A stretch of DNA of 64,000 nt, taken from Candidatus Krumholzibacteriota bacterium (GTDB lineage Bacteria > Krumholzibacteriota > Krumholzibacteriia > JAJRXK01). A program made the position numbers and the translations under genes. Under the pieces are notes generated by a model. The model worked only from the letters and a program-made list of their open reading frames with translations, was not told the origin of the DNA and did no database searches. Below, in pieces: positions 11,571 through 22,452 of the stretch (position 1 is the stretch's first letter; the number at the start of each line of letters is the position of its first letter). The stretch is from NCBI GenBank assembly GCA_963727455.1, contig CAVSGG010000009.1, positions 483,532 to 547,531 on the forward strand, in the 5' to 3' direction.

Positions 11571-13734
11571 TGGGCAGGGTGCGCACACGCTTGCCACAGG
11601 CCGCGAATACGGCGTTGCCCACCGCCGGCGCCAGGGGCGGAAGCGGCGGTTCCCCGATTCCGCCGGGAGAACGTTCACTCCGCACGAAGTCCACGCTCAC
11701 TCTTGGGGTTTCCGCGATCGTGAGCAAGGGATAGTCGCGAAAGTCCACCTCGCGCGTGCGTCCATTGGAAAAACTCAGCCGATGCTTCAGGACCGAACTC
11801 AGAGCGTAGACGACACCCCCCTCGCACTGCGCCTTGACCAGATCGGGGTGAACCACGATTCCACAGTCCAGGGCACACCACAGCTCGTGCACGCGGAGCT
11901 TGCCCGAGGAGAGCAGCTCGACGTGCGCAACCTCCGCGCAATAGGTCTGACAGGAGCCGTAGGCATTGGCTGCGATGCCCAGACCGTGTCCTTTGGGCAT
12001 GCTCCTTCCCCAATTCGCCATCTTTGCCGCCAGCTTCAGGACCGCGATCAGGCGCTGGGGTTCGAGGTTCTCGCCGTCGCCCTCGAAGGGCGGACGCTCT
12101 TTCAGCAGCTCGAGCCGGTACTCTAGAGGATCGCGCCCCGCCGCGTGCGCCAACTCGTCGAGAAAGCACTCGGTGACAAACGCGTTGTTCACCCTCGCAA
12201 CTCCGCGCATCGCGCCCAAGCGCAGAGGAGCTGGCACCTTGGTATACGCCACGCGTACATTCTCGATAGCGTAGGGAAGATCCACCGCGCCCTGAATCTC
12301 GTAGGCCTCGGGGTGAGAGGTGCGTGGCGACCAACTGGCCGAAATCGACGGCCCGGCAATGTGGTGGCTCCACGCTCGCGGCATTCCTCGATCGTCAAGG
12401 CAGGCACGAAGTCGATGCCGGTTTGCCGGCCGATACACGCCGTGCCGGAAGTTGTCCTCGCGGGTGTTCACCAGTTGCAGAGGCACCTTGGCCTTCCGCG
12501 CGACCACTGCCGTCTCCACGACTACGTCCGGGTAGATCCGGCGTCCGAAGCCACTGCCGATGAGAGTCACGTGAACGGTCACTCTGTCCTCCGACAGCCC
12601 GAGGCGGTGAGCGACTTCCCTGCGCGCCCAGTTCGGAAACTGCGTAGGCGCCCAGATCTCCGCCTCCGATTCGCTCACTTTGGCCGTACAGTTGAGCGGG
12701 ATCATTGGAGCCTGATCCAGGAAGGGGAGCTCGTATTTTGCCTCCAGGACATTCGCCGCCTTCTTGAGCTCCGCTGCAGCGTCGTGGTCCTCCCGAACGG
12801 CCTCGCCGCGCTCGCGAAGCGCTTCGTCCATGCGCCGCTCCAGTTCCTTGCTCGAGAACCGCTTCGCCTTTCCTTCGCGCCACTTCACGTGCAGAGCTTC
12901 GCGGCCCTGGAAGGCTGCCCAGGTATTCTCCGCAATGACCGCCACGCCCTCGTCCACGGCGAAGACCTCGAGCACCCCCGGGACTTTCTTCGCGGCCTTC
13001 TCGTCGTACTCTCGCAGCTGTGCTCCCTGAGTGGGGGGACGCTCCAGCGAGCCGTAGCGCATGCCCGGAAGCCGGGTGTCCTGCCCGAGACGGGCGCGGC
13101 CCTGTACGATGTCCTCCCCGTCGTAACGGGGGGGATCGGTCCCGATGATGGAGAAGTCCTGAGGGCTCTTCAGCGTGGGATTGGGCGGCAACTCGAGTCC
13201 TCTGGCCTCCTCGGCCAGCTCGCCATAGCTGAGCTTTTGCCCATTTGGCCCCACGACGAAACCGGCTTCGGTGCGGCAACGGCTCTGCCCCACTCCCAGG
13301 CGGCGCGCTCCGGCCTGAAGCAGCATGAGGCGCGCAGAAGCTCCCGCTTGCCGCAAGAGCTGATAGGAACGAAAGACGCTCTGGCTACCCGCCGTCCCCA
13401 TGAAATAGCGAGCATCGGCGTCTCCCTGTTCCACCGTGATCGTCGAAGGATCGGCGTCCAGTTCGTCCGCCAGAATCATCGGCAGCGCGGTACGAACTCC
13501 CTGCCCCATTTCCGAGCGGACGACCCTGATGATCACCCGGTTCTCAGGCGAGACACGCACGAAGAGATCGGGGTCCTCCTTCTGTGCTTCTACAAGCGGG
13601 CTCAAGAGCCCGCCCACGTGACGCGGCAGGGTGAGCGCCAACACCAACCCGGTGCCCCCGATGGCGCTGAGCGCCAGAAATCCTCGCCGAGAGAGCACTC
13701 GCTTGCCGTTCTGGTCGTTCCCTCGCTCGCTCAT
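11554..13734 (-). CDS. iorB: Xanthine-oxidase-family molybdopterin subunit (isoquinoline 1-oxidoreductase beta-like), Tat-exported
   Basis: SRRGFLAL twin-arginine signal, RSEMGQGVRTAL, GSGFGRR, GGIGEPPLPP; start overlaps the iorA stop (TGATG). Confidence 0.88.
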   Translation of the reverse strand: MSERGNDQNGKRVLSRRGFLALSAIGGTGLVLALTLPRHVGGLLSPLVEAQKEDPDLFVRVSPENRVIIRVVRSEMGQGVRTALPMILADELDADPSTITVEQGDADARYFMGTAGSQSVFRSYQLLRQAGASARLMLLQAGARRLGVGQSRCRTEAGFVVGPNGQKLSYGELAEEARGLELPPNPTLKSPQDFSIIGTDPPRYDGEDIVQGRARLGQDTRLPGMRYGSLERPPTQGAQLREYDEKAAKKVPGVLEVFAVDEGVAVIAENTWAAFQGREALHVKWREGKAKRFSSKELERRMDEALRERGEAVREDHDAAAELKKAANVLEAKYELPFLDQAPMIPLNCTAKVSESEAEIWAPTQFPNWARREVAHRLGLSEDRVTVHVTLIGSGFGRRIYPDVVVETAVVARKAKVPLQLVNTREDNFRHGVYRPANRHRLRACLDDRGMPRAWSHHIAGPSISASWSPRTSHPEAYEIQGAVDLPYAIENVRVAYTKVPAPLRLGAMRGVARVNNAFVTECFLDELAHAAGRDPLEYRLELLKERPPFEGDGENLEPQRLIAVLKLAAKMANWGRSMPKGHGLGIAANAYGSCQTYCAEVAHVELLSSGKLRVHELWCALDCGIVVHPDLVKAQCEGGVVYALSSVLKHRLSFSNGRTREVDFRDYPLLTIAETPRVSVDFVRSERSPGGIGEPPLPPLAPAVGNAVFAACGKRVRTLPISSLS

Positions 13735-14192
13735 CACTTCGCCTCGCGCGCCACGCGGTGAATTGCTCGCCGCACCCGTTGATAGGTTCCGCAGCGGCAG
13801 AGATTGGCGCCGAGCTTGCGGTCGATCTCCGCATCGGTGGGATCTGGGTTGTCTTGGAGCAGAGCGGCGACGGTAAGGATCATGCCCGATTGACAGGCCC
13901 CACATTGTGACACCTGCTCCTCCAACCACGCCTGCTGAACGGGATGAAGTGACTCTTCAGCCAAGCCCTCGATCGTAAGAATCTCTTTGCCTTTGACTTC
14001 GCTAAGTGTGGTGATGCAGGAGCGTCGTGGGCGACCGTCGATCAGGACCGTGCAGGCTCCGCAGTCCCCCTGGCCGCAACCGAATCTGGTACCGGTGAAC
14101 TGAAGCGCGTCTCGTAGGACCCAGAGCAGGGGCATGTCCGATGGGAGGTCCACCGCATGTTCCTGGCCGTTCACTTTCAGAAGATGTTTCAT
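13734..14192 (-). CDS. iorA: (2Fe-2S)-binding small subunit (IorA/CoxS-like)
   Basis: GCGQGDCGACTV...SC, QCGACQSG, NLCRCGTY. Confidence 0.9.
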   Translation of the reverse strand: MKHLLKVNGQEHAVDLPSDMPLLWVLRDALQFTGTRFGCGQGDCGACTVLIDGRPRRSCITTLSEVKGKEILTIEGLAEESLHPVQQAWLEEQVSQCGACQSGMILTVAALLQDNPDPTDAEIDRKLGANLCRCGTYQRVRRAIHRVAREAK

Positions 14193-14212
14193 GGGCTCCC
14201 CATCCTCCCCCC

Positions 14213-15706
14213 TCAGCTCGTGAGCGAGACTTCTTGGGGAAAGACCTGCGCGGGATGCGCATTCGCCAGCTGCCGTGTAAAATCGGTATCGAGCTGCCGG
14301 CGGGGACTCGTCACTTCTAAGTCGCGGTAGAATTCACAGCGGTCCACGATCTCTCCGAGCGCGAGCAAGAGCAGAATCGGAAAGCTAAACTCTTTTCCCC
14401 CCCACCACCAAAGTGCCGCCGGGAATAGAATCCCGCCAGAGATGCGCAAGAGTCCGAGCCAGTGCGACCCCTTTCGCTTGCCGCTCTGGTGCCTACTCTT
14501 GCGGGCAAGATACGATACGAGTTTCACCAGGAGAATGCTCGCTACGATCGGAGCCGAGCCTCCCGCCAGCGCGAACACCAAGAGACCGGTGACAAATACC
14601 TGCGCGCTGTGCCATTGCAAGCCCTTCGCACCGGTAACCTGGTAGACCCTGTCCATGGAGAAGAGAGCGGCGAAACCGCTGAAGGCCGCTCCCCAGCAGG
14701 TGATGGCAGCCAGGGGAAAGCCCAGCCAGGCGGCGAGGGCGAGAGCCACGAACGCGGAATAGAAGAAAATCTCGCGGCTCAACCAACTGTGGCGCAGGTT
14801 GAGGATGCTACGGTAGGCACGGGCCTTCCGGCCCAGATGCAGGGTGCTCAGTCCCATCCCCGCCAGGGCGAGGGCCATGAAGGCAAAAGGAGTCAGCGCG
14901 AACCGCGAGGGGGCTTGCATTCCGAGCCAATCCAGTCGCGGACCCGCGACGAAAGCGCCCATCCATCCCGCCAGGAACGCCGCGAGCAGGGTGAAGGCGG
15001 CCAGGGGCCACTCGGAACGAAGCGTGATGCGGGAGAACGATGGTTTCGCGTGCGCAATGGCGCCCCTGTCGATCGCCTCCGGCGCCATGGCGGGAGAGAG
15101 TCTGCCTTCTTGCAGGGGCGTGAAGCGGATGGCGGGCCGGGCCGCTGTTTGCGGAAAGCCGGGGGCTTCTTCCTGCGGTGTCTTCCCCTCACCGTTGGAA
15201 CGGCTAGCGGAGTCGACGACGAGCCCCTTCGAGCCCGCTTTCAGCCGCCGCCACTCACCACTCTCGTCGAGCTCCCCCAACTGCAGAGCGGTGGTCGGAC
15301 ATTGCGCCACGCATCCCGGTAGGTGGCCTTCCTTCTGACGCTCGTTGCAGAAGGTACACTTCTCCACCACCCCCATGGAGGGGTTGAAGGCGGGAGCGTC
15401 GTAGGGACAGGCCCAAGTGCAGTACTTGCAACCCATGCAATGGTCCGGATCCAGAAGGACCGCGCCGGTGAACTCGTCCTTGGAATAGGCGAGCGCCGGA
15501 CAGTGCTTCTGACAGGGCGCATCCTCGCAGTGATTGCACGCTAGCGACAAATGGAAGAGAGGGATGCCCGGATGACGATTCTGGTTGTAGGTTTCCACGC
15601 GCCGCCAGCTCGATCCCCACGCCAACTCGTTCTCGATCGCGCAGGCGACCACGCAGGCTTCGCAGCCCGTACACTTGTTGAGATCCAGGTGAAAGGAGCG
15701 TTGCAT
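14213..15706 (-). CDS. Fusion of a DmsB-like Fe-S subunit and a DmsC/YnfH-like membrane anchor
   Basis: CTGCEACVVAC, CNHCEDAPC, CMGCKYCTWACPY, KCTFC...PGCVAQCP, then SEWPLAAFTLL, STLHLG, NLRHSWLSREI and multiple TMs. Confidence 0.85.
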   Translation of the reverse strand: MQRSFHLDLNKCTGCEACVVACAIENELAWGSSWRRVETYNQNRHPGIPLFHLSLACNHCEDAPCQKHCPALAYSKDEFTGAVLLDPDHCMGCKYCTWACPYDAPAFNPSMGVVEKCTFCNERQKEGHLPGCVAQCPTTALQLGELDESGEWRRLKAGSKGLVVDSASRSNGEGKTPQEEAPGFPQTAARPAIRFTPLQEGRLSPAMAPEAIDRGAIAHAKPSFSRITLRSEWPLAAFTLLAAFLAGWMGAFVAGPRLDWLGMQAPSRFALTPFAFMALALAGMGLSTLHLGRKARAYRSILNLRHSWLSREIFFYSAFVALALAAWLGFPLAAITCWGAAFSGFAALFSMDRVYQVTGAKGLQWHSAQVFVTGLLVFALAGGSAPIVASILLVKLVSYLARKSRHQSGKRKGSHWLGLLRISGGILFPAALWWWGGKEFSFPILLLLALGEIVDRCEFYRDLEVTSPRRQLDTDFTRQLANAHPAQVFPQEVSLTS

Positions 15707-15709
15707 GCT

Positions 15710-17800
15710 CTACCCGCGCTGCGTCGAGGCTTCGACCTCGACCCGGTTCTCGTGGAAGGCCGCGCCATGCCCCATATCGGTTTCGCGGCCGCGTGACAGA
15801 AAGTTGACCGTCCCCCCTTCGCTGATCCACCAACCGTTCGTCATGCACACGCAGCCCCCTTTCAGCCCGGAGTCGAACTGCACGGAAAGCTCCAGGCTTC
15901 CGCGCCGGTTGAACACCCGCACTTTGCTGCCCTGCGCAATCCCACGCTCCAGTGCGTCCAGGGGATGCATCTGCAGAACGGGACCGGGACTGAACTGGCG
16001 TATGGCCTCCAGATTGTTGAACTGCGAGTGAATCCGGTTCTTGGTGTTGGGCGTCATGAAATACAGGGGGTACTCTCTTACCTCGTTCCCGTCCCTGCAG
16101 CTTCGATTCGACGGGTTCTTGGTAAGTCGGTAGAGCATCCACCTCCCACCGGAGGTGCGGCCTCGGTCGACAGCAACTCGATCTTCCCGATGGCGTCTTG
16201 AACACTCCATCCGCGAATGCGATTTCCTGATGGCCGGGGGCCAGAACGGGACCCTCGGACAATTTTTCCAGAGACAACTCGGGGAATGGGTCGCAGGCGG
16301 GCTCGAAGGTACTCGGCGACGGACGCGTCATCGGGGGCAGGAATCACCCCTTCGAATCGTGAAGCGGGAATGGAGAGCCGCTGGGCCAGATGCCAGTAGA
16401 TCTCCGATTCGGGTTTTACTTCGCCCGGGGGTTCGAGCACTTTTTGCTTGAATTGAATGTAGGGGTGCCAGTAGGCGTTGATCACGTCGCTCTGCTCGAA
16501 CATCGACTTGGCGGGCAGGATGAGATCGGCCTCGCGCGCGGTGTCCGTCATGAACTGCTCCACCACTACCCTGAAATCCAGTGCCCGAAAAGCCTCGCGC
16601 ACTTTGTTCGTGTCCGGGTTCTGTGTAACCGGATTGCCGCGCTCCACCCACGCGACTCGCAATGGTGGATCACTACACCGCAGCATTTCCTCGCCCAGTC
16701 TCGCGGTGGAAATTCCCACTCGTACCACGCCATCTGGGTTCTCCGGGCGGATAGAACGCAATCGGGTCCTTCACTGCGTCGAAAATGTGACTTTGCAGGT
16801 CGGCGAAGATCCAACCCGCCCCCTTCTTGCCGATGTTTCCGGTGAGGGCAAGAAGCGCGATGATGGCGCGCATGGTCTGTCCGCTGTTCGAATAGCGCTG
16901 CATGCCAAAGCCGGCGTTGATCGTCGCAGGCGTGATGGTGCCGAGGAGCCGGGCCAACTCGCGGATCTGCTCCTCTGGAATGCAGCAGATGCGAGCAGCC
17001 CATTCCGGCGGACACTCCCTATCCGCTCGGCGAACTCGGCGAATCCCATGACCTGCCGCGCGATGAACTCGCAATCGAGCCAGTTCTCTCGCACCAGAAT
17101 GATGCGCCACTGCGAGCGCGAGCGCGCCATCCGTGCCTGGCCGGGGTTGCAGGAGCAGATCGGCACGTTCCGCGGTCTCCGTTCGCCGCGGATCGATGAC
17201 GACCAATTTGGCCCCATTTTGCAGCGCCCGGTTCACGAAGACGGTCTGATGCACGTTGGTCTCGGCCGCGTTTTTTCCCCACATGAGGATGAGTCGGGCG
17301 TTCTCGATGTCCCAAGGAGCATTGTGTTTGTTCTCACCCAATGTCAACCGGGTGGCCTCCAGTCCTGCCGGCCAGCACAGGTCTCCAAAAGTGGTGGTAC
17401 AGCCACCGAAGAGCCGCCAGAACGCCATGCCGACTCCGTTCATGAGACCCTTGGTGCCGCTCGCCGAGTAATAGAGGACGCTCTGCGGGCCAAACTCCTT
17501 CCGAGTCGTTCTAAGTTTGTCGGTGATCAGGTCGAACGCCGTCTCCCAGCCGACCCTTTCGAACGCTTCGCTTCCTCTCCTTCTGAGTAGCGGGTGCAGG
17601 ATCCTCTCCGGAGAGGAAACGCGTTCGAGGTAACTGAGTCCCTTGAGGCAGGGCCCTTCGGGGGTAGCTCGATTGAGGGGATGGGCCTCGATACGGCGCA
17701 GACGTCCCCCCCGGACTTCCACCCTCAAGCTACAGGTGCTGTAACAGTTGCGTGGACATGCGGTGGTGAAGATACCGTCGGATTCCCGAGGGGAGTTCAT
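15710..17800 (-). CDS. DMSO-reductase-family (bis-MGD) molybdopterin oxidoreductase catalytic subunit; several frameshifts
   Basis: Fragments TACPRNCYSTC...CLKG, GDLCWPAG, WGKNAAET, VIDPR, FMTDTAREADLILPAKS, RIHSQF...MHPLDA...VNFL joined across frames; no Tat signal. Confidence 0.85.
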
Positions 17801-18630
17801 CGTACTGGTGCTTGCCCCTTCACGATCTCGTCGAGGAATTCCTCCACCACTTTCCAATTTGGCTCGACGTCTCCATTCACTCTACTGGATACCAGCATGG
17901 AGGAGCCGTGAACTCCGTGCGCAGCGACGTAGGTTTGAAAGCCCAGGGTCTTGAAATCGTCGAGTTGCTGGACTGCCGCCGCGCGCTGCATTTCGGAGAA
18001 CGGCCGCAAGACGAGGACCTTGGTCTTGATCAGCTTGGCATAAGTGTTGGGTGAACAGTCTCCCATGGCCTCACCCGCAGCGGGGGAAAACGCCAGCACA
18101 CCGCTCAGATCCTCGGGATGTTCGGCGGCCAGACGAAGTACCAATGCCGCGCTGTAGCTGCTTCCCCAAGCGATTCGCGGCCCTGCGTTTCCCTGCTCGA
18201 TCGCCCAGGCCAGCGCAGCCTCGAGATCGGGATACGCCTGGCAGTAACTGTACTCCCGCTGGTCCTTCAAGTTCTGCACGGTACGGTTGACTCCGCCGAA
18301 GCGATCGCCTCCACTCCTCTGGTCCACGGCCAGGATGTTGAATCCCTTGCCGAGCAAACGCGAGATGATGGGACCGTACTCCCCTCGCGCATTTGCACCG
18401 GCCTGATGAAAGAGCAGAATGAGCGGACCGTGGTGATCTTCCTTCAGCCAGTGGGCATCGGCGTAGACTGTCACGCCATCCTCTGCGTTGAAGGTGACCT
18501 CCTGTCCGGTGCGATCGATGCGCGAGGGGCCAGCGTTCCTGGGCGCATCGGTCTTCTGCCTACACGCGGTGGACGCACAAAGAAGAAGTACGGGCAGCAG
18601 GGCGAGCTTCACTGAGAAACGAGCTTTCAT
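17797..18630 (-). CDS. Alpha/beta hydrolase, probable lipoprotein
   Basis: Signal ending STAC, LLFHQAG, AVDQRSGG, WGSSYSA nucleophile elbow, HGSS; stop overlaps the Mo-enzyme start. Confidence 0.8.
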   Translation of the reverse strand: MKARFSVKLALLPVLLLCASTACRQKTDAPRNAGPSRIDRTGQEVTFNAEDGVTVYADAHWLKEDHHGPLILLFHQAGANARGEYGPIISRLLGKGFNILAVDQRSGGDRFGGVNRTVQNLKDQREYSYCQAYPDLEAALAWAIEQGNAGPRIAWGSSYSAALVLRLAAEHPEDLSGVLAFSPAAGEAMGDCSPNTYAKLIKTKVLVLRPFSEMQRAAAVQQLDDFKTLGFQTYVAAHGVHGSSMLVSSRVNGDVEPNWKVVEEFLDEIVKGQAPVR

Positions 18631-18698
18631 GACGCATCCCTCCCCATGGATTGTGGGAGCGAGCATAGGTTCCACCTTCGACTCCATCAAGCCGGGGA

Positions 18699-19233
18699 TT
18701 GTCCCTTGCTCCCTCCTGCAAAAATTCGGAGAATGTCTCCCGCTGGATTTCGCGTGGGAGGTGCCCGTTTGGGGATTCTACGCAGCTATCTGGAGTCGTG
18801 GTCGCGCGCGCCACTAATTTCCTGCTGCGCAAACGCCAGGGCGAACATTTCAGCCGCGCCCTGCCGCGCCAACTGATCCTTCTGGCTATCGTACTGCTCG
18901 TAACGCTCGTCGCGGTGCTCGTCATGCTCATCGGCGACCCTTCCCGCAAGGGAATCTTCAGCCTATTGAGTATCGGACTGACCGCCATGGTGGCGATCTC
19001 CTCGACCACTCTGGTCTCGAACGCGATGGCCGGGATCATGCTCCGCGCGGTAAAGAGTTTTCACGATGGAGATTTCATCCGCGCGAAGGGCGCCCCCGCC
19101 GCAGCGTACACAGCTCGAGCGCGAACTTGCAGCGCGGCAGAAGGAGTACGAGACTCTCCAGCGAGAGCTGGAGGAAGCATTGAAGGAAGCAAAGCAAGGG
19201 GAAGAAGATGAGTCCCCTGAGCCAGATTCCTAA
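18699..19233 (+). pseudogene. MscS-family mechanosensitive channel with most of the cytoplasmic domain missing (deletion or assembly gap); start approximate
   Basis: TM part ending ISSTTLVSNAMAGIMLRAVKSFHDGDFIR jumps near 19085 to a coiled-coil tail in another frame (QLERELAARQKEYETLQRELEEALKEAK...PDS*). Confidence 0.6.
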
Positions 19234-19373
19234 CTGACACAATTTCGCAGACAGGACCCTCCTTATCTGGGAGAATGGCCGTCAAGTCCCAGAATCCACT
19301 GGACTGTGCGAATCGAAAACTCACTTCCCCGCGAGGTGCGGGAAATCACTCACCATCGTTAAGTGAGGACGGA

Positions 19374-20535
19374 ATGATCAACGAACTCTATACCCCCAAG
19401 CAACTCGAACTCAGAGAGCAGGCACGCGGCCTCGCCGAGGAAGTGATGCGCCCGGTAGCGGCCAAGTATGACGTGGAGCAGAGTTATCCCTGGGAGGTGC
19501 AAAAGGCCATTCGCGCCGCGGGGCTCTCGGGAGTCTGGATCCCCAAGGAGTACGGCGGTCTCGGTGGCGGAGTTTTGGATTTGTGCCTGGTCGTCGAGGA
19601 ATTCTCCCGCGCCTGCGGTGGGATGGGCGTGGGCTACGCGGTCAATGCTCTGGGGTCTTTCCCGATTTTACTCAGCGGAACTGAGGACCAGAAGAAGCGC
19701 TGGCTGCCCGACATCGCCGCCGGGGAAAAGTTGATTTCCTTCGGACTCTCGGAAAAGGCATCGGGCAGTGACGCGGCGAGCATGACCACCCGTGCCGAGA
19801 AGAAGGGCGAGAACTACCTCCTCAACGGAGAGAAGAAGTGGAATACCGGCGGATCGGTGGCATCCCTCAATACCGTCTTCGCGGTCACCAATCCCGATCG
19901 CGGCGCACGAGGGATCTCTGGACTCGTGGTCGAGAAGGGGATGCCCGGTTACGAAGTAGGAAAAATCGAGGACAAAATGGGGATCCGCTGCGTGCCAGTC
20001 GTGGAGATCCACTTCAAAGACGTCGAGGTGCCCGCCGCGAATCTCTTGGGGGGAGTTGAGGGACAGGGTTTCAAACAAGCGATGATCACTCTGGATCGCG
20101 CCCGCCCCGGGGTTGCCTCGCAGGCAGTGGGGCTGGCACAAGGAGCCTCTGGACCTCGCTGTCGAGTACACTTCCGAGCGCAAGCAATTCGGGCAATCGG
20201 TCAGTTCCTTCCAGGGAATTCAGTGGATGCTGGCCGACATGGCCACCCAAATCGAAGCTGCACGTACTCTGGTTCATACCGCCGCGCGCGCGATCGATGC
20301 GGGGAGCCGCAAAATCACCAAACTGTCCGCGATGTGTAAGCTCATGGCCACTGACGTGGCGATGAAAGTGACGACGGACTGCGTCCAGCTCTTCGGTGGA
20401 TACGGCTACTGCAAGGATTACCCCATCGAGAAGTACATGCGTGACGCAAAGATCACGCAGATCTACGAGGGGACGAACCAGATTCAGCGTTTGGTGATCG
20501 CGCGGAGTATCATGCGCGAGGCGGCCAGTTCCTAG
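19374..20535 (+). CDS. Acyl-CoA dehydrogenase (one frameshift near 20140)
   Basis: FGLSEKASGSDA, LNGEKKWNT, KMGIR, RKQFGQ, QLFGGYGY, RDAKITQIYEGTNQIQR. Confidence 0.93.
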
Positions 20536-20536
20536 A

Positions 20537-21260
20537 TCAGTTCGGCGCCGAGCGTTTCGCGTAGTTTGCGTACTCGATTCGAATTCGCAGGTCCTTGTCC
20601 ACGAACTCGAGCTTCGTCGTGCGCGGCACCTCACTGCCGTCGGCAAGGACTTGGAAGAGAGTCTCGGCCCTCACCGCTTCGCCATCGATCCAGGACTGGT
20701 AACTCATCTTGAGCACCCGACCGGTCTCCGGTTGGATCCACTGCGTGAGCAGATCGTCATCTCGCATGGCACTGCGAGTGGTGAGTTCCCAATCGCCCTG
20801 CATCCCCGGAACCTCGCTGATGATGACTGCACTGCGAGCTACCTGGTCACGCATCTGCTTGCCCGAGCAAAACGCATAGCTCGCGACGAAGGTACTGGCC
20901 TGTTTCAGCGCATCGCGGGAAAGGAGGGCGATGTTGTCTCGGATGCGCCGCTTCATGCCCGTCCGGTGTTTCCCGTGGACTTTACTCTCCTGCACGCTGC
21001 GGGAGACCTCGCCGGCCTGAGGAAGGTAGATTCCTCGAGGTTTCGGTCAGCCGGTCCAGCCCTCCGTAGTTCACGGTCGCGACCTCGGTCCATTGAAGCT
21101 GTTTGGTGGTGCCGAGGCTCCCGCTCCAGACCTCCTCGATTTTCGGCGCAAGCTTGTAGGGGTTGGGAATGGCCCCGCGCGTCTGTGCGGCGGCAGCTAC
21201 CACGGCCCACATGCTCAGAGCACCGAAGAAGACGAAGGCTCTCCGAGGAGCAGAGTTCAT
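20537..21260 (-). CDS. Hypothetical exported protein (frameshift near 20990)
   Basis: Signal-like N-terminus MNSAPRRAFVFFGALSMWAVVAAAA; beta-rich C-terminal fragment in a second frame. Confidence 0.5.
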
Positions 21261-21418
21261 GAGCAATCTCACGATCCGTCCGAAGCACGAACAGGCGTAG
21301 CGAATTCCCTGCCGCGGCCAGGAACACTGCAATTGAACCTGCGAAATCCGTACCAAGAGCTGAGGAAGAACGGGAAGCCACGCTCCCTCACGCGCCACTG
21401 CGAAGCTCCGAGCTGCCG

Positions 21419-21452
21419 AAAAAAAAGCCCCGCTCCCAAAAGGGAGCGGGGC
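21419..21452 (-). terminator. Rho-independent terminator of the RRM gene
   Basis: Perfect 11-bp stem GCCCCGCTCCC/GGGAGCGGGGC with a 4-nt loop, followed by T8 on the minus strand. Confidence 0.9.
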
Positions 21453-21483
21453 ATCATCGACTCACATCGTGAGTGGAGTGCTC

Positions 21484-21793
21484 TTACCAGCGATCACGAC
21501 GACCGCCGCCACCGCCAACCACCACCGAAACCTCCACCGCCGCCACGGCGGGGACGCTCCTGGGCCTCATTGACGCGCAGGGCGCGTCCACCCATCTCGT
21601 AGCCGTTCAGGGCGCTAATGGCAGCCTGCGCAGCATCGTCATCCATCTCCACGAATCCGAATCCGCGGGGACGGCCAGTCTCACGGTCATTGATCAGAGC
21701 CACCGAGTGCACTGCACCGTGTTGACTAAATAGTTCATTGACCTCAGCATCCGTAGCACTAAAGGGCAGGTTGCCTACATAAAGCTTCTTCAC
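21484..21793 (-). CDS. RRM RNA-binding protein with glycine-rich tail
   Basis: RNP2 LYVGNL, RNP1 RGFGFVEM, LRVNEAQER; removing one base in the Gly repeat gives GGGRRDRW* ending at 21484. Confidence 0.92.
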
Positions 21794-22452
21794 GTTCTTT
21801 CGTCTCCATCAACCGGCTCCGCCGGTCCATCTGAGGCGCTCGGGGTCGCCGGACTATCCGGAAGAACCCATACGCCTCATGCTCATCCAGCGAATTGCCG
21901 GACACATTCTCCCGCCAATCGGGAGAATTTCGGGCTCGGAAGCTCTCCGAGCAAAACTCGGGATTCGGCTACGAAGAGATCCACGCGAGGGTGGAAAGTG
22001 GCGGGAACTCGAGGCATTGACTCGATCGACCCTACTCCATAACCAATCTCCGCAGGCGTCAAAGAGGCCCGCTCTTACACCCATGAGCATAGCGAGCTTG
22101 GCCATTTTCGCAAATTCTTTGTGGCCCCTCTGGCCCGTGGGACCGGGCATTTGGAGCCATCCTGCTCCGGCCCCACCCCTGCCGCGGAGGGCCGGGGCCC
22201 ACAGGAGCGCCGTCCTTTCCTCAATCTGCGCTTCTTCTCTCGCCCGTCCCCGCATGGCCGCCCCCTGGTCCAGCCCGTGACCCTAATCAAAATACGGACT
22301 GCTTCCTGGCCGCGGTCGGCCGCCTCGCCGAAAGGCCTTCGCCCGGCCGGCCGGCTTTGGAGCGCGACTCCACTGCGCGCGCACATTCCCAGAGAGTCCC
22401 TCGATACACTTTCAGCTTTGCTCTTTAACTTTGCCCAACCCGATGATAACAG

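Noticed and set aside
19374-20535. Programmed ribosomal frameshifting in split genes such as the acyl-CoA dehydrogenase
   Set aside because: Breaks are numerous, fall in families not known to be recoded, and I saw no consistent slippery site
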